Assembly (NCBI GenBank): GCA_013166835.1
Contig: JABLTI010000025.1
Location: forward strand, 1-29,675
Source: Promethearchaeati archaeon
Lineage (GTDB): Archaea; Asgardarchaeota; Heimdallarchaeia; JABLTI01
Reading direction: 5' to 3'
Length of the DNA: 29,675 nucleotides
Within the stretch, counting starts at the first letter, position 1. Every line of letters starts with the position of its first letter. Below are positions 1 to 8,881 of this stretch, one piece after another. Below the pieces are notes generated by a model that worked only from the letters and a program-made list of their open reading frames with translations, made no database searches and was not told the DNA's origin. A program made the position numbers and the translations under genes.

Positions 1-1422
1 AAAGATCATTGTGGCATTATAGGAATTCGAACAACTAAACGAATTCACGATTTAGGTTTCTTGTTATATCAAGGTATGTTAGCTTTACAACATCGAGGAC
101 AATCAAGTGCAGGAATTACAGTCATTAATAAAAAAAACATGAAAACAATATCCGATGTTGGTTATGTAAAGGATATCTTTGATAAAAATACTTTAGCAGC
201 TTTAAAAGGGAAATTTGGAATAGGTCATGTTCGATATCCAACAGCTGGAACAGATTTAACTGTTGGCATTCAACCTTTTGTTCTTCAAACAAGACAATTA
301 AAAATTGCAATTGCGTTTAATGGTACAATTGCGAATTTTGAAGAAGTTAGAGATTTTCTTATGGATCAAGGCTTCAGATTTAGTCACGATACAGATACAG
401 AAGTGATTGGAAAATTATTAGATTATGCACTTGAAGAAGAAAATGGTGATATGACAAAAGCAAGTAGAAAACTAATAGGTTATTTAGATGGAGCATATTC
501 GATTTTAATTGCCACAAATAAAGGTGAAATTATTGCTTTTAGAGATCCTCTTGGTTTTAAGCCTCTATGTTATGGGAAAACAAAGGAAGGGGATTTTGTA
601 ATTGCTTCCGAAACCATGGGATTAACTATCGTCGGTGCAGAATTTGAGGATGATGTGAAACCAGGTGAAATGATCATTATTAATGAGAAAGGCATTAAGA
701 AGAAACACTTATTCAAAGAAGAAAAATTTGCTCATTGTATGTTTGAATGGGTATATTTCGCTAGACCAGATGCAGTTTTGGATGGGATTTCTGCATATGA
801 AGCAAGAGAAAGAATTGGAAAAGGATTAGGTAAACTATTCAAAGAAAGAGGATATGAAGCAGATATTGTTGTCCCAATCCCTGATTCCGGTAGAATAGCA
901 GGTATTGGTTTCTCAAAAGAAACTGGTATTGAATATTCAGAAGCATTGATTAGAAATAGATATGTAGGACGAACGTTTATCATGCCACGTCAAACTGTAC
1001 GAGAGGAAGCAGTAAAACTTAAGCTAAATGTCTTGTCGAATCTAGTGAAAGGAAAGAAAGTAGTTCTAGTAGATGACTCAATAGTAAGAGGAACAACTTC
1101 TAGGGGAATCATACAAATGATTAGGGATGCAGGAGCTACTCATGTGTATTTTGCTGTGAGTTGCCCTCAACTCATTAATCCTTGTTTCATGGGAACTGAC
1201 TTTCCAACTGAAAGAGAACTAATTGCTTGTGGACGTACAGATGAAGAAATCGCAGAAATCCTTGGTCTTGATGCTGTTATTTACAACACAGTTCCATTAC
1301 TTGTTAATGCAATTGGTTTTGACAAGTGGCCTGAAAATAATAATTTGTGTTTAGCTTGTTTAACAGGCAATTATCCATTGAAAACAACACCCTCACAATT
1401 ACTCTGTGTAAGGGAATCATAA
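1..1422 (+). CDS. purF: Amidophosphoribosyltransferase (Fe-S type), 5'-truncated by the window edge
   Basis: Frame 1 is open from base 1: KDH-CGIIG (catalytic Cys at 10-12), LQHRGQ, GHVRYPT, PRPP motif VLVDDSIVRGTT, Fe-S ligands HCMFE, SCP, LCLAC. The true start lies upstream of the window; the track's TTG at 61 is internal. Confidence 0.97.
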   Translation, partial: KDHCGIIGIRTTKRIHDLGFLLYQGMLALQHRGQSSAGITVINKKNMKTISDVGYVKDIFDKNTLAALKGKFGIGHVRYPTAGTDLTVGIQPFVLQTRQLKIAIAFNGTIANFEEVRDFLMDQGFRFSHDTDTEVIGKLLDYALEEENGDMTKASRKLIGYLDGAYSILIATNKGEIIAFRDPLGFKPLCYGKTKEGDFVIASETMGLTIVGAEFEDDVKPGEMIIINEKGIKKKHLFKEEKFAHCMFEWVYFARPDAVLDGISAYEARERIGKGLGKLFKERGYEADIVVPIPDSGRIAGIGFSKETGIEYSEALIRNRYVGRTFIMPRQTVREEAVKLKLNVLSNLVKGKKVVLVDDSIVRGTTSRGIIQMIRDAGATHVYFAVSCPQLINPCFMGTDFPTERELIACGRTDEEIAEILGLDAVIYNTVPLLVNAIGFDKWPENNNLCLACLTGNYPLKTTPSQLLCVRES

Positions 1423-1511
1423 CCAACTTTTCACAGGAATCAGCAATCAATTTATTCAGCAAAATTCTTATTTCAAATAATATTCATTTGAATCATACAA
1501 TGGTGTAAGAA

Positions 1512-2846
1512 ATGGCAAAAGATAGAGTATTGTTAGTGGGACAAGGTGCAAGAGAACATGCTATAGCAAAAGCTTTGAAGAAAAGTGAAGTTGATTTATT
1601 CGCATTTATGAAAGCAAAAAATCCAGGAATCGCTAAGTTATCAACTAAAGTGAAAATAGCCAAATTAGATGATTTCGATGCTCTTGGAGATTTCATTAAG
1701 TATATTCAACCAGATTTTGCTGTTATTGGACCTGAAAACCCTCTTGCAGATGGTATCGTGGATTTTTTGTTGGAAAAAGGAGTAAAGTCAATCGGACCAA
1801 CAAAATCTGCAGCACGAATGGAATCATCGAAAAGCTTTACTCGAGATTTGTTAACAAAATACAATATACCGGGACAACCCGAATACAGAATCTTTGCTCC
1901 TGATACTGTGTTAATGGAGATCTCTGAATATATAGCAAAAGTAGGAAAAGTTGCTGTTAAGAGAGATGGTTTAGCAGGAGGAAAAGGAGTAAAATTGATG
2001 GGCGAGCATTTGCAAAATGTTGAAGAAGTCTTGGATTTTTGCCAAGAGGTTTTTGCTAAAGGGGAAGCAATAGTTTTTGAAGAATTATTAATTGGGGAAG
2101 AATTTTCTCTACAATGTTTTGTTTCAGGTGAAGACATTTCTCCATCACCAATAGTCCAGGATCACAAAAGAGCCTATGAAGGGGATACAGGACCAAATAC
2201 CGGGGGCATGGGTTCCTATAGTGCAGAAGATCACTTACTACCCTTTATACCAGCAGAAATTGTAGAAGAAGCTAAAGAGATTATTCGACAAACTGCAAAA
2301 GCCATAAAGCAGGAAATCGGAAGTGATTACATAGGAATTTTGTATGGTGGTTTTATGCTCACAGCAAATGGATTAAGAATTCTCGAATACAATACTCGTT
2401 TTGGTGATCCAGAAGCTATGAACATTTTACCTTTGCTAAAAACACCATTACTTGATATATTCAAAGCAATGATTAAGAAAGAGCTCTCAAAAATTAAGGT
2501 AGAATTTGCAAAACAAGCAACTGTTTGTAAGTATCTTGTTCCCGAAGGATACCCTGTCTCACCTAGAAAAGAAGAACCAATAGAAGTTGATGTTGAGAAA
2601 ATCATAAATGAAGGAGCAGATCTATTCTATTCATCAGTAAGTGAAGTGGAACCAGGAAAAATAATAACCACATCATCTCGAGCAATAGCTATTATAGGAA
2701 TAGCCAATGAATTAGCAAAAGCGGAAGAAATCGCTGAAAAAGCAACATCCTATGTGAAAGGACCATTATTCCACAGAAAAGATATTGGAACAAAAGAATT
2801 AGTGCAAAAAAGAATTGACCATTTGAAAGAGTTGAATGTATTATGA
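1512..2846 (+). CDS. purD: Phosphoribosylamine-glycine ligase (GAR synthetase), archaeal type
   Basis: VGQGAREHA, GPENPL, GLAGGKGV, QDHKRAYEGDTGPNTGGMGSYS, EYNTRFGDPE; archaeal-style PEGYP and HRKDIGT. Confidence 0.98.
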   Translation: MAKDRVLLVGQGAREHAIAKALKKSEVDLFAFMKAKNPGIAKLSTKVKIAKLDDFDALGDFIKYIQPDFAVIGPENPLADGIVDFLLEKGVKSIGPTKSAARMESSKSFTRDLLTKYNIPGQPEYRIFAPDTVLMEISEYIAKVGKVAVKRDGLAGGKGVKLMGEHLQNVEEVLDFCQEVFAKGEAIVFEELLIGEEFSLQCFVSGEDISPSPIVQDHKRAYEGDTGPNTGGMGSYSAEDHLLPFIPAEIVEEAKEIIRQTAKAIKQEIGSDYIGILYGGFMLTANGLRILEYNTRFGDPEAMNILPLLKTPLLDIFKAMIKKELSKIKVEFAKQATVCKYLVPEGYPVSPRKEEPIEVDVEKIINEGADLFYSSVSEVEPGKIITTSSRAIAIIGIANELAKAEEIAEKATSYVKGPLFHRKDIGTKELVQKRIDHLKELNVL

Positions 2847-3826
2847 TTGCCTTTTTCGATCTTGAAGGACCACTTTGTCCAATTGATCATGCAGCAGATG
2901 TCATAGCTTTAATTGGCAAAAAACTTGGAAAAGAACAAGATTTCTACAGATTATTTCAAATGATTAGCTTATATGACGATGAACTTTTCTTGGTGGACAA
3001 GAAAAAGGATTATTGGCCAGGTGATACGCTCAAACTTATAGCTCCTATCGTAGTCTCTTTTGCAGATGAAGAATTGTTGTTTAAGATATCTCGAGAAGCT
3101 GAACCAACTCCCGGAGCTATAGAACTTTTCCAATATCTGCAACAAAAAGAAATTCCAACTTACATAATCTCTACTAGTTATACTCATCATGCCCACACCA
3201 TTACTAAAAAACTGAATCATCCTATAGAAAATGTTAGATGCACCACTCTTGATTTCTCTTTAAAACCAGATAATACTGAAGCTCTTACACCTTTATTAGA
3301 AGATATTTTTCCAAGATATTTAGTAGATGGTATGACTGAAGTAAGGGAAGACCTCGATAAGTTCTTTTTCACAGATATTCCCGAATCAGATTTTGGAGCT
3401 ATTTTTGACTCTACTATCGTTTGTGGTGGTGGACGTAAGAGGAAATCTTTAATAGAGATTTTGGAAGAACACGAGTTGGATGCTTCCGATTCTATTGCAA
3501 TAGGTGATAGTATTACTGATATTCAAATGCTAGAATATGTAAGAGATAACGGTGGAACAGGTGTGTCATTTAATGGAAATGAATTTTCACTTCGACCATC
3601 AATGATTGCTTATTCAGGCAAGTCTATTTATCCGTTAACAGAATTAATCAAAGCGTTTCCAAAAACAATGGAATTTGTTTCTAGTCGATCAAAAGAAGAA
3701 ATGAGTGAAACCGAAGAATTTTTTGATATATCACTTGATATAAATGAAGAAGAATTTCAAAGGATTTTACTTTTGCAAAAGAAATATCGCAAATATCTAA
3801 GAGTGAAAGCAGCAGAATTGACTTAG
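2843..3826 (+). CDS. HAD-superfamily phosphohydrolase (COG4030 / EhaR-like)
   Basis: Motif I variant FDLEGPL, ISLYDD, YWPGDTLKLIAP, motif II ISTSY, motif IV GDSITD, SFNGN; ATGA overlap with the purD stop at 2843-2846. Confidence 0.85.
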   Translation: MIAFFDLEGPLCPIDHAADVIALIGKKLGKEQDFYRLFQMISLYDDELFLVDKKKDYWPGDTLKLIAPIVVSFADEELLFKISREAEPTPGAIELFQYLQQKEIPTYIISTSYTHHAHTITKKLNHPIENVRCTTLDFSLKPDNTEALTPLLEDIFPRYLVDGMTEVREDLDKFFFTDIPESDFGAIFDSTIVCGGGRKRKSLIEILEEHELDASDSIAIGDSITDIQMLEYVRDNGGTGVSFNGNEFSLRPSMIAYSGKSIYPLTELIKAFPKTMEFVSSRSKEEMSETEEFFDISLDINEEEFQRILLLQKKYRKYLRVKAAELT

Positions 3827-3918
3827 AGAAACATATGCTTGAGTAATATAAAAGCTTAAATGCCATTTTTATTGTGCTATAATTATCGCAATTAAATAAT
3901 TTTGAGTGGTTAGAAAAA

Positions 3919-5328
3919 TTGTCAATTATAGATAAGGATGATGAAGTTTTACTTATAGCACAAGTAGATCCTACACCAGGTAGACAATTGCTAACCAAAA
4001 GTGAAAGAAAGAAAAACATCTTTTTCTTTACAATAACGTCTTTTTTCGCTAGTTCAGCAAGCAGCATACATTTTGTTTTCTACAGTCTGTTTTTTTTGGA
4101 TATCAATGATTCTGAAAAATTGTTCGGAATTATTGGTACTGTTTCATCAGTTGTAGCTATTGTTGGATTAATTTTAGCTGATTACTTGAATAATATTTTA
4201 GGTTACAAAAGAGTTTTTATTATCGCTCAGGTTTTGATTGCTGTTTCATTTGGATTCTTTATTTTTAATCCAGTGAAAATATACATAGTAATTATTGCAG
4301 TTTTAATGTTAAGTTTGGCTTTCTCTCTTAATGAATCCCCATACAATATTATTTTAACAGAATCCGCTGGAGAAGAGAGAAAAGGATTAATAGCATCCAT
4401 TACTGCGTTTTTTGGTCGATTTGGTGAAGTAACTGTATCAACTATTGTTTTCATTTTAACTTTCGCAGTTGGTTTTGAATTTACAAATAAGGAACGAGCA
4501 TATTTCTATATATATGGAACAGTAGTAGTTGCTCTAATTGCTATTGGAACTATTTTCATTATAACAGATCCTTCAAGGAAATTGATTAAAGAAAATCAAA
4601 AAGCATTTCCAATAAAAGAAAAGAAAAAAGAAGAAACCACTGATGATAGTGAAGAAAAAGAAACTAAGAAGAAGACTAGTTTTATTGGAGGATTTATTGC
4701 TGCATTCAAAGACAAATGGGTACTTAGAATAGCACTAACATTTTTCTTAGATGCTTTCTTGTGGAGCATTGCACTTGGAGTTCATTGGGCTGGTTTGCAA
4801 GACGAAGATATCTTTGGTGCGAATGCTTTCGATGATAAACAAATCAGTCTTTTAATTATGGTTACAAGCATCACAATATTAGTTGCTATGTATCTTGGGA
4901 GATATGTAGATAGATTAGGTGCGAGACTCTTTCTATTTATATCAGAGCTCTGTGGACTAGTCTGGATAATTTTAACTGTGCTATTTGTTTTTTATCAAGA
5001 TTTGTTTTTCTTGATGATAATCGCAAGAATAGCTTTAGGGTTTTCAGTTGCTCTATGGATACCATCAACTGTCGCACTTTTCACAAACGTTGAACCTGAA
5101 CGTAAAAGTAAAGTGTATAATTCAATAGCTATTTTCCGATCTATTGGATGGTTACCTGGAGGTTTTATTGCTGGTTTTCTATATGATGCTATCCCACAAC
5201 CCTATGGGTACTTGACTCCTATGTTCATCTTAATCGCTGGTTTTCTGATTATCATCCCAGTTTTCTATACCATACCAAACAGACCAAGTGATATGAATAA
5301 AGCTAAGAAAGCAGCAAAATCACAGTAA
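3919..5328 (+). CDS. Major facilitator superfamily transporter
   Basis: About 12 hydrophobic segments in two halves joined by a K/E-rich loop; motif A variants ADYLNNILGYKR and GRYVDRLGAR; TTG start is tentative. Confidence 0.9.
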   Translation: MSIIDKDDEVLLIAQVDPTPGRQLLTKSERKKNIFFFTITSFFASSASSIHFVFYSLFFLDINDSEKLFGIIGTVSSVVAIVGLILADYLNNILGYKRVFIIAQVLIAVSFGFFIFNPVKIYIVIIAVLMLSLAFSLNESPYNIILTESAGEERKGLIASITAFFGRFGEVTVSTIVFILTFAVGFEFTNKERAYFYIYGTVVVALIAIGTIFIITDPSRKLIKENQKAFPIKEKKKEETTDDSEEKETKKKTSFIGGFIAAFKDKWVLRIALTFFLDAFLWSIALGVHWAGLQDEDIFGANAFDDKQISLLIMVTSITILVAMYLGRYVDRLGARLFLFISELCGLVWIILTVLFVFYQDLFFLMIIARIALGFSVALWIPSTVALFTNVEPERKSKVYNSIAIFRSIGWLPGGFIAGFLYDAIPQPYGYLTPMFILIAGFLIIIPVFYTIPNRPSDMNKAKKAAKSQ

Positions 5329-5396
5329 TGCTAGCAAACAAAACTCCTTTAAGTTAGCAGAAGTCAGTTATTTTACTCATAACTGGAGTGTTAACA

Positions 5397-6320
5397 ATGC
5401 CCGAAACATTCGACGTCATCTCTTTAGGTGCAGTTTTAGTTGATATGATTGCGCTTGTAGAAGAGTTTCCGAAAAGAGACGGGGAATCGTTTGTACGGGA
5501 TTTTAAGTTTATGCCAGGGGGGGCAGCAGCAAACGTAGCGGTAATTACTAGTAGATTAGGTTTGAAAACCGCGTTCTCGGGAAAAATTGGCAAAGACACA
5601 TTCGGAGACCTACTTCTCAAAGATCTCACTAAAGAAAAAGTTCACTACAAGAATACTGTAGTCATTTCTGATGAGATAAGCACTGGATCATGTTATATCT
5701 GTGTTGATAAGAAGGGTGATCGAATGATTATGGCCTACAGTGGTGCAGCAGATACTTTAGCGATTGGTGATTTACCACTTGAATTATTTGCAAAAGCAAA
5801 CTGGGTAAACTTGTCTGATCTAAGGAATATTGCATCCATTGAAGCCTTACTTGAAAGTGATATTGAGATCAATTTCTCTATGAGTCCCGGAGCTCTTATT
5901 GCTCAGAATCCGAGCAGAGCATATCGATTAGCACAAAAGGCGAAACTCATTGTAGCTAGTGTAGATGAAATAACTCAAATCTTTCGATGTGCTGAGGAAG
6001 AAATTAATGCTATAGCTGTTGATTTAATAAAGGAAAATAAGGAAAGAGTAATTGCTGTAACCAAAGGCAGCAGAGGAGCAACAATTTATAGTAAAAATGA
6101 AAAAGTGAATATCCCCATTTTCAAAGTAGATGTCGTTGATACTACTGGAGCTGGAGATGCTTTCACTGCTGGAATGCTGTATGCATTAACTCGAGGAAAA
6201 TCACCCAAACAAGCAGGAAGAATTGCTGCTGCTTGCTCCGCTATTTGTATTCAAGAAGTGGGTGCACGAAGTGGACCCAAAAGCAAAATGGATTTACTGA
6301 AATTCTTAAGAAAAAACTAA
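5397..6320 (+). CDS. PfkB/ribokinase-family kinase
   Basis: PGGAAANVA, GKIGKDTFG, VTKGSRGA, DTTGAGDAF. ATG 5397 preferred over GTG 5388 because GGAGTG (5385-5390) sits at RBS distance. Confidence 0.93.
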   Translation: MPETFDVISLGAVLVDMIALVEEFPKRDGESFVRDFKFMPGGAAANVAVITSRLGLKTAFSGKIGKDTFGDLLLKDLTKEKVHYKNTVVISDEISTGSCYICVDKKGDRMIMAYSGAADTLAIGDLPLELFAKANWVNLSDLRNIASIEALLESDIEINFSMSPGALIAQNPSRAYRLAQKAKLIVASVDEITQIFRCAEEEINAIAVDLIKENKERVIAVTKGSRGATIYSKNEKVNIPIFKVDVVDTTGAGDAFTAGMLYALTRGKSPKQAGRIAAACSAICIQEVGARSGPKSKMDLLKFLRKN

Positions 6321-6362
6321 GAAATGTTAATAGATATCCAAATAAGTCATAATTAGTAAAGA

Positions 6363-6812
6363 ATGGTTGTGTTAATGATGGATGAGCCAGTTGTTACGGT
6401 TATATCTGGATCGAAATCAGATAATGAAATTGTTGAGAAAGTTGTTGGAGTTCTAAAGGAATTTGATGTTCCACATACTGCTGTTGTTTTATCTGCTCAT
6501 AGAAACGCAAAAGAACTTGATGATTACCTTGCGAAAACTCCAGCAAAAGTAATAATTGCCATTGCGGGATTAGCTGCAGCCCTACCAGGTGTTTGTGCAA
6601 GCAAAACAAAAAAAGTAGTAATTGGGGTTCCAGTTTCTTCTAAACTTGGTGGAATGGATGCTTTACTATCAATTGTTCAGATGCCCTCAGGAGTTCCAGT
6701 TGCAACCGTAGGAATTGATAATGGAAAAAATGCTGCATATCTAGCAATTAGAATTCTAGCTTTGAATCAAGATAATCTAGGGGAGAAATTATGTAAGAAA
6801 CTTAAGAGTTAG
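6363..6812 (+). CDS. purE: PurE (AIR carboxylase / N5-CAIR mutase)
   Basis: GSKSD, SAHR, AGLAAALPG, VIGVP, GMDALLSIVQMPSGVPVATV, NAAYLA. Start could be ATG 6375 or 6378. Confidence 0.96.
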   Translation: MVVLMMDEPVVTVISGSKSDNEIVEKVVGVLKEFDVPHTAVVLSAHRNAKELDDYLAKTPAKVIIAIAGLAAALPGVCASKTKKVVIGVPVSSKLGGMDALLSIVQMPSGVPVATVGIDNGKNAAYLAIRILALNQDNLGEKLCKKLKS

Positions 6813-6833
6813 TATCTCAAGGAGATTAATAAA

Positions 6834-8867
6834 ATGGTTGAAGAAGAACAGAAAGAAGATGGTATTAAAGATATAAAAGAGGTCTTTTATGATAATCTAG
6901 ATAATTGGCCGACAGAGACAATTAAAAAGAACCTTTTCAGGTTGCGACCCGAGGAAGGAGCCGAAGTTTATCTTAACTTGAGTGAAGGTTACCATGATAT
7001 CACAAATCAGGGTTTAGAAGTTGAGAAGAAGTTCAGACCGAAAGTCACTATTCGTACACAAGAATTAAAGACCGAATTAGATAGATGGAAAATTGGAGGA
7101 GGAGCTTTCTTCAGAGTAGTTGCAGATTCCCCAAATCTTAATACAGCGATGAAATTGTGTATACAATACTTCATTGTCTGGACAAGACAGCTATTTCCTT
7201 TTCAATTCAGCTTTTTGAGTATTCCATTTTTCATTGCGACACTTTTCTTGTCACAATTTACCTTAGCATATCAGCCAGAAAGTGCTACCCTCGGAACTTA
7301 TCTGACGTTTTTAATCACTGGTTTGCTATTCATTTGCTTAGGTATTTGGACGTATTTTGAGGGATTGTATAAGAGATTCATTAAAGGCTACAAGAGCTGG
7401 AAAACTGTCCCGGATAGTATGATAGGATTTGTAATACCTGGATTGCTTTTCTGGTCAACTGCTTTGGAATATGCAATATATAATTTATCATCAACAAATT
7501 TGATAAAAACGTTAATTCCAGTCAGTGCTTGGTTATCACTTCTCATAGGAGCTGTTGTTCTATTCATTGGAACAGATGCCTTTTTGAGAGGAGAGAAATC
7601 ATATGTAGAGAAATTTTCACATCCCATGGATTATGCTCCACTCATGCTGTATTTGTATAAGAATAAAGCAGGAAATTGGGATATAGAAGGAACTCAATTT
7701 GATTATTTCCATTATAAGACATCATTTATTCCCAAAGAGAAATTATCTTACAAAGAAGATGAAGATGAAAAGAAAGAACATCCTTGGTTCCTAATTGATA
7801 GATCGTGGCATGCTTTTAGAGAATACATCAAACCTAATATAATGATCAGATTATTTGCTAATGTAATTTTCATTATCATTGCATGGCTGATTATCGTTGG
7901 TGTCTATGTTATTTTTGTGCTAGAGAAATTCTGGTTGGATATTGGAACACTAGAAGCTAATTTTACTCATCCAGTATTCTTTATGCTAATCTACGTTTTA
8001 CTGCCAATTATGGTTGTTTTCATGCTATGGTCAATTAGTCGAACAAGAGAATACAAGTTGCATATCTGGGAAGACCTTTCAGAGAAAGACGATGATGAAA
8101 TAATAAGAAATCATCACTTATCATATGATAGATTGCGCATTCTCTGGAACCTTCGAAATAGAGAGCACATAGGAGAACAACGATTCACCGAAATCTGGTC
8201 AAAAAGTGACTGGATAGAAGGAGACAGTTCACGTTTAGTTGCTCGAGTAAAAATGCAATTCCCATTTGACCGTTACAAAGATTGGCACACATTAAGAGAC
8301 ACACAAGAAGAATTGTTATCATTAATTGCTGTCCAAACAAAAGAAGAAGAACTAAGAAAACTACATGCAGAGATTGCAGAAGTAAAAAGAGATCTACAAA
8401 AACAAATGATAGAAGGAATTGACTCAATCGAAGAAGAACTCGATGAATACTTTGATGAACAAAAAGAGGATATTGAGGAAGAAAGAGCGGAATTGAAGGA
8501 GAAACTTGGAGTAATTGAAGATACTGTCGTTGAAGAAACTGCGGTAGAAGAAATTGAAACTGAAGAAATCATTGAGGAAACTAAACCAGAAGTTATTGAT
8601 ACAGTTGACGAAATCATCGAAGAAATTGAAGAAGTAACCGAGGAAGTATCTGAACCAGTAGTTGAAGAAATTTTTTCGGAAACAGAAATTCCTGATATCC
8701 CAGATGTCGATGAGGAGAAAGAAGAAACACCTGTCAAAGAGGATATAGAAGATTTAGGTGTTCCTGACTTACCACCAATAGAAGAAGATAAAAAAGAACC
8801 AGAGGAAGAAGAAGAGGAATTTACTATTCCTGACATTCCAATAGATGTAGAAAAAGAAGAAGATTAG
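6834..8867 (+). CDS. Unknown multi-pass membrane protein (about 6 TM) with a coiled coil and a long acidic C-terminal tail
   Basis: 677-aa ORF with GGAG RBS; about four hydrophobic helices at aa ~120-250 and two at ~335-405; heptad-like segment, then an E/D-rich tail. Confidence 0.85.
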   Translation: MVEEEQKEDGIKDIKEVFYDNLDNWPTETIKKNLFRLRPEEGAEVYLNLSEGYHDITNQGLEVEKKFRPKVTIRTQELKTELDRWKIGGGAFFRVVADSPNLNTAMKLCIQYFIVWTRQLFPFQFSFLSIPFFIATLFLSQFTLAYQPESATLGTYLTFLITGLLFICLGIWTYFEGLYKRFIKGYKSWKTVPDSMIGFVIPGLLFWSTALEYAIYNLSSTNLIKTLIPVSAWLSLLIGAVVLFIGTDAFLRGEKSYVEKFSHPMDYAPLMLYLYKNKAGNWDIEGTQFDYFHYKTSFIPKEKLSYKEDEDEKKEHPWFLIDRSWHAFREYIKPNIMIRLFANVIFIIIAWLIIVGVYVIFVLEKFWLDIGTLEANFTHPVFFMLIYVLLPIMVVFMLWSISRTREYKLHIWEDLSEKDDDEIIRNHHLSYDRLRILWNLRNREHIGEQRFTEIWSKSDWIEGDSSRLVARVKMQFPFDRYKDWHTLRDTQEELLSLIAVQTKEEELRKLHAEIAEVKRDLQKQMIEGIDSIEEELDEYFDEQKEDIEEERAELKEKLGVIEDTVVEETAVEEIETEEIIEETKPEVIDTVDEIIEEIEEVTEEVSEPVVEEIFSETEIPDIPDVDEEKEETPVKEDIEDLGVPDLPPIEEDKKEPEEEEEEFTIPDIPIDVEKEED

Positions 8868-8881
8868 AGAGAAACACAGAA

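Noticed and set aside
2843-3826. Energy-converting hydrogenase subunit (EhaR) call
   Set aside because: No hydrogenase genes nearby; the HAD motifs and purD coupling favour a phosphohydrolase.
8273-8836. 187-aa Ser-rich minus-strand ORF
   Set aside because: Antisense shadow of the GAA-rich acidic tail of the 6834-8867 gene.
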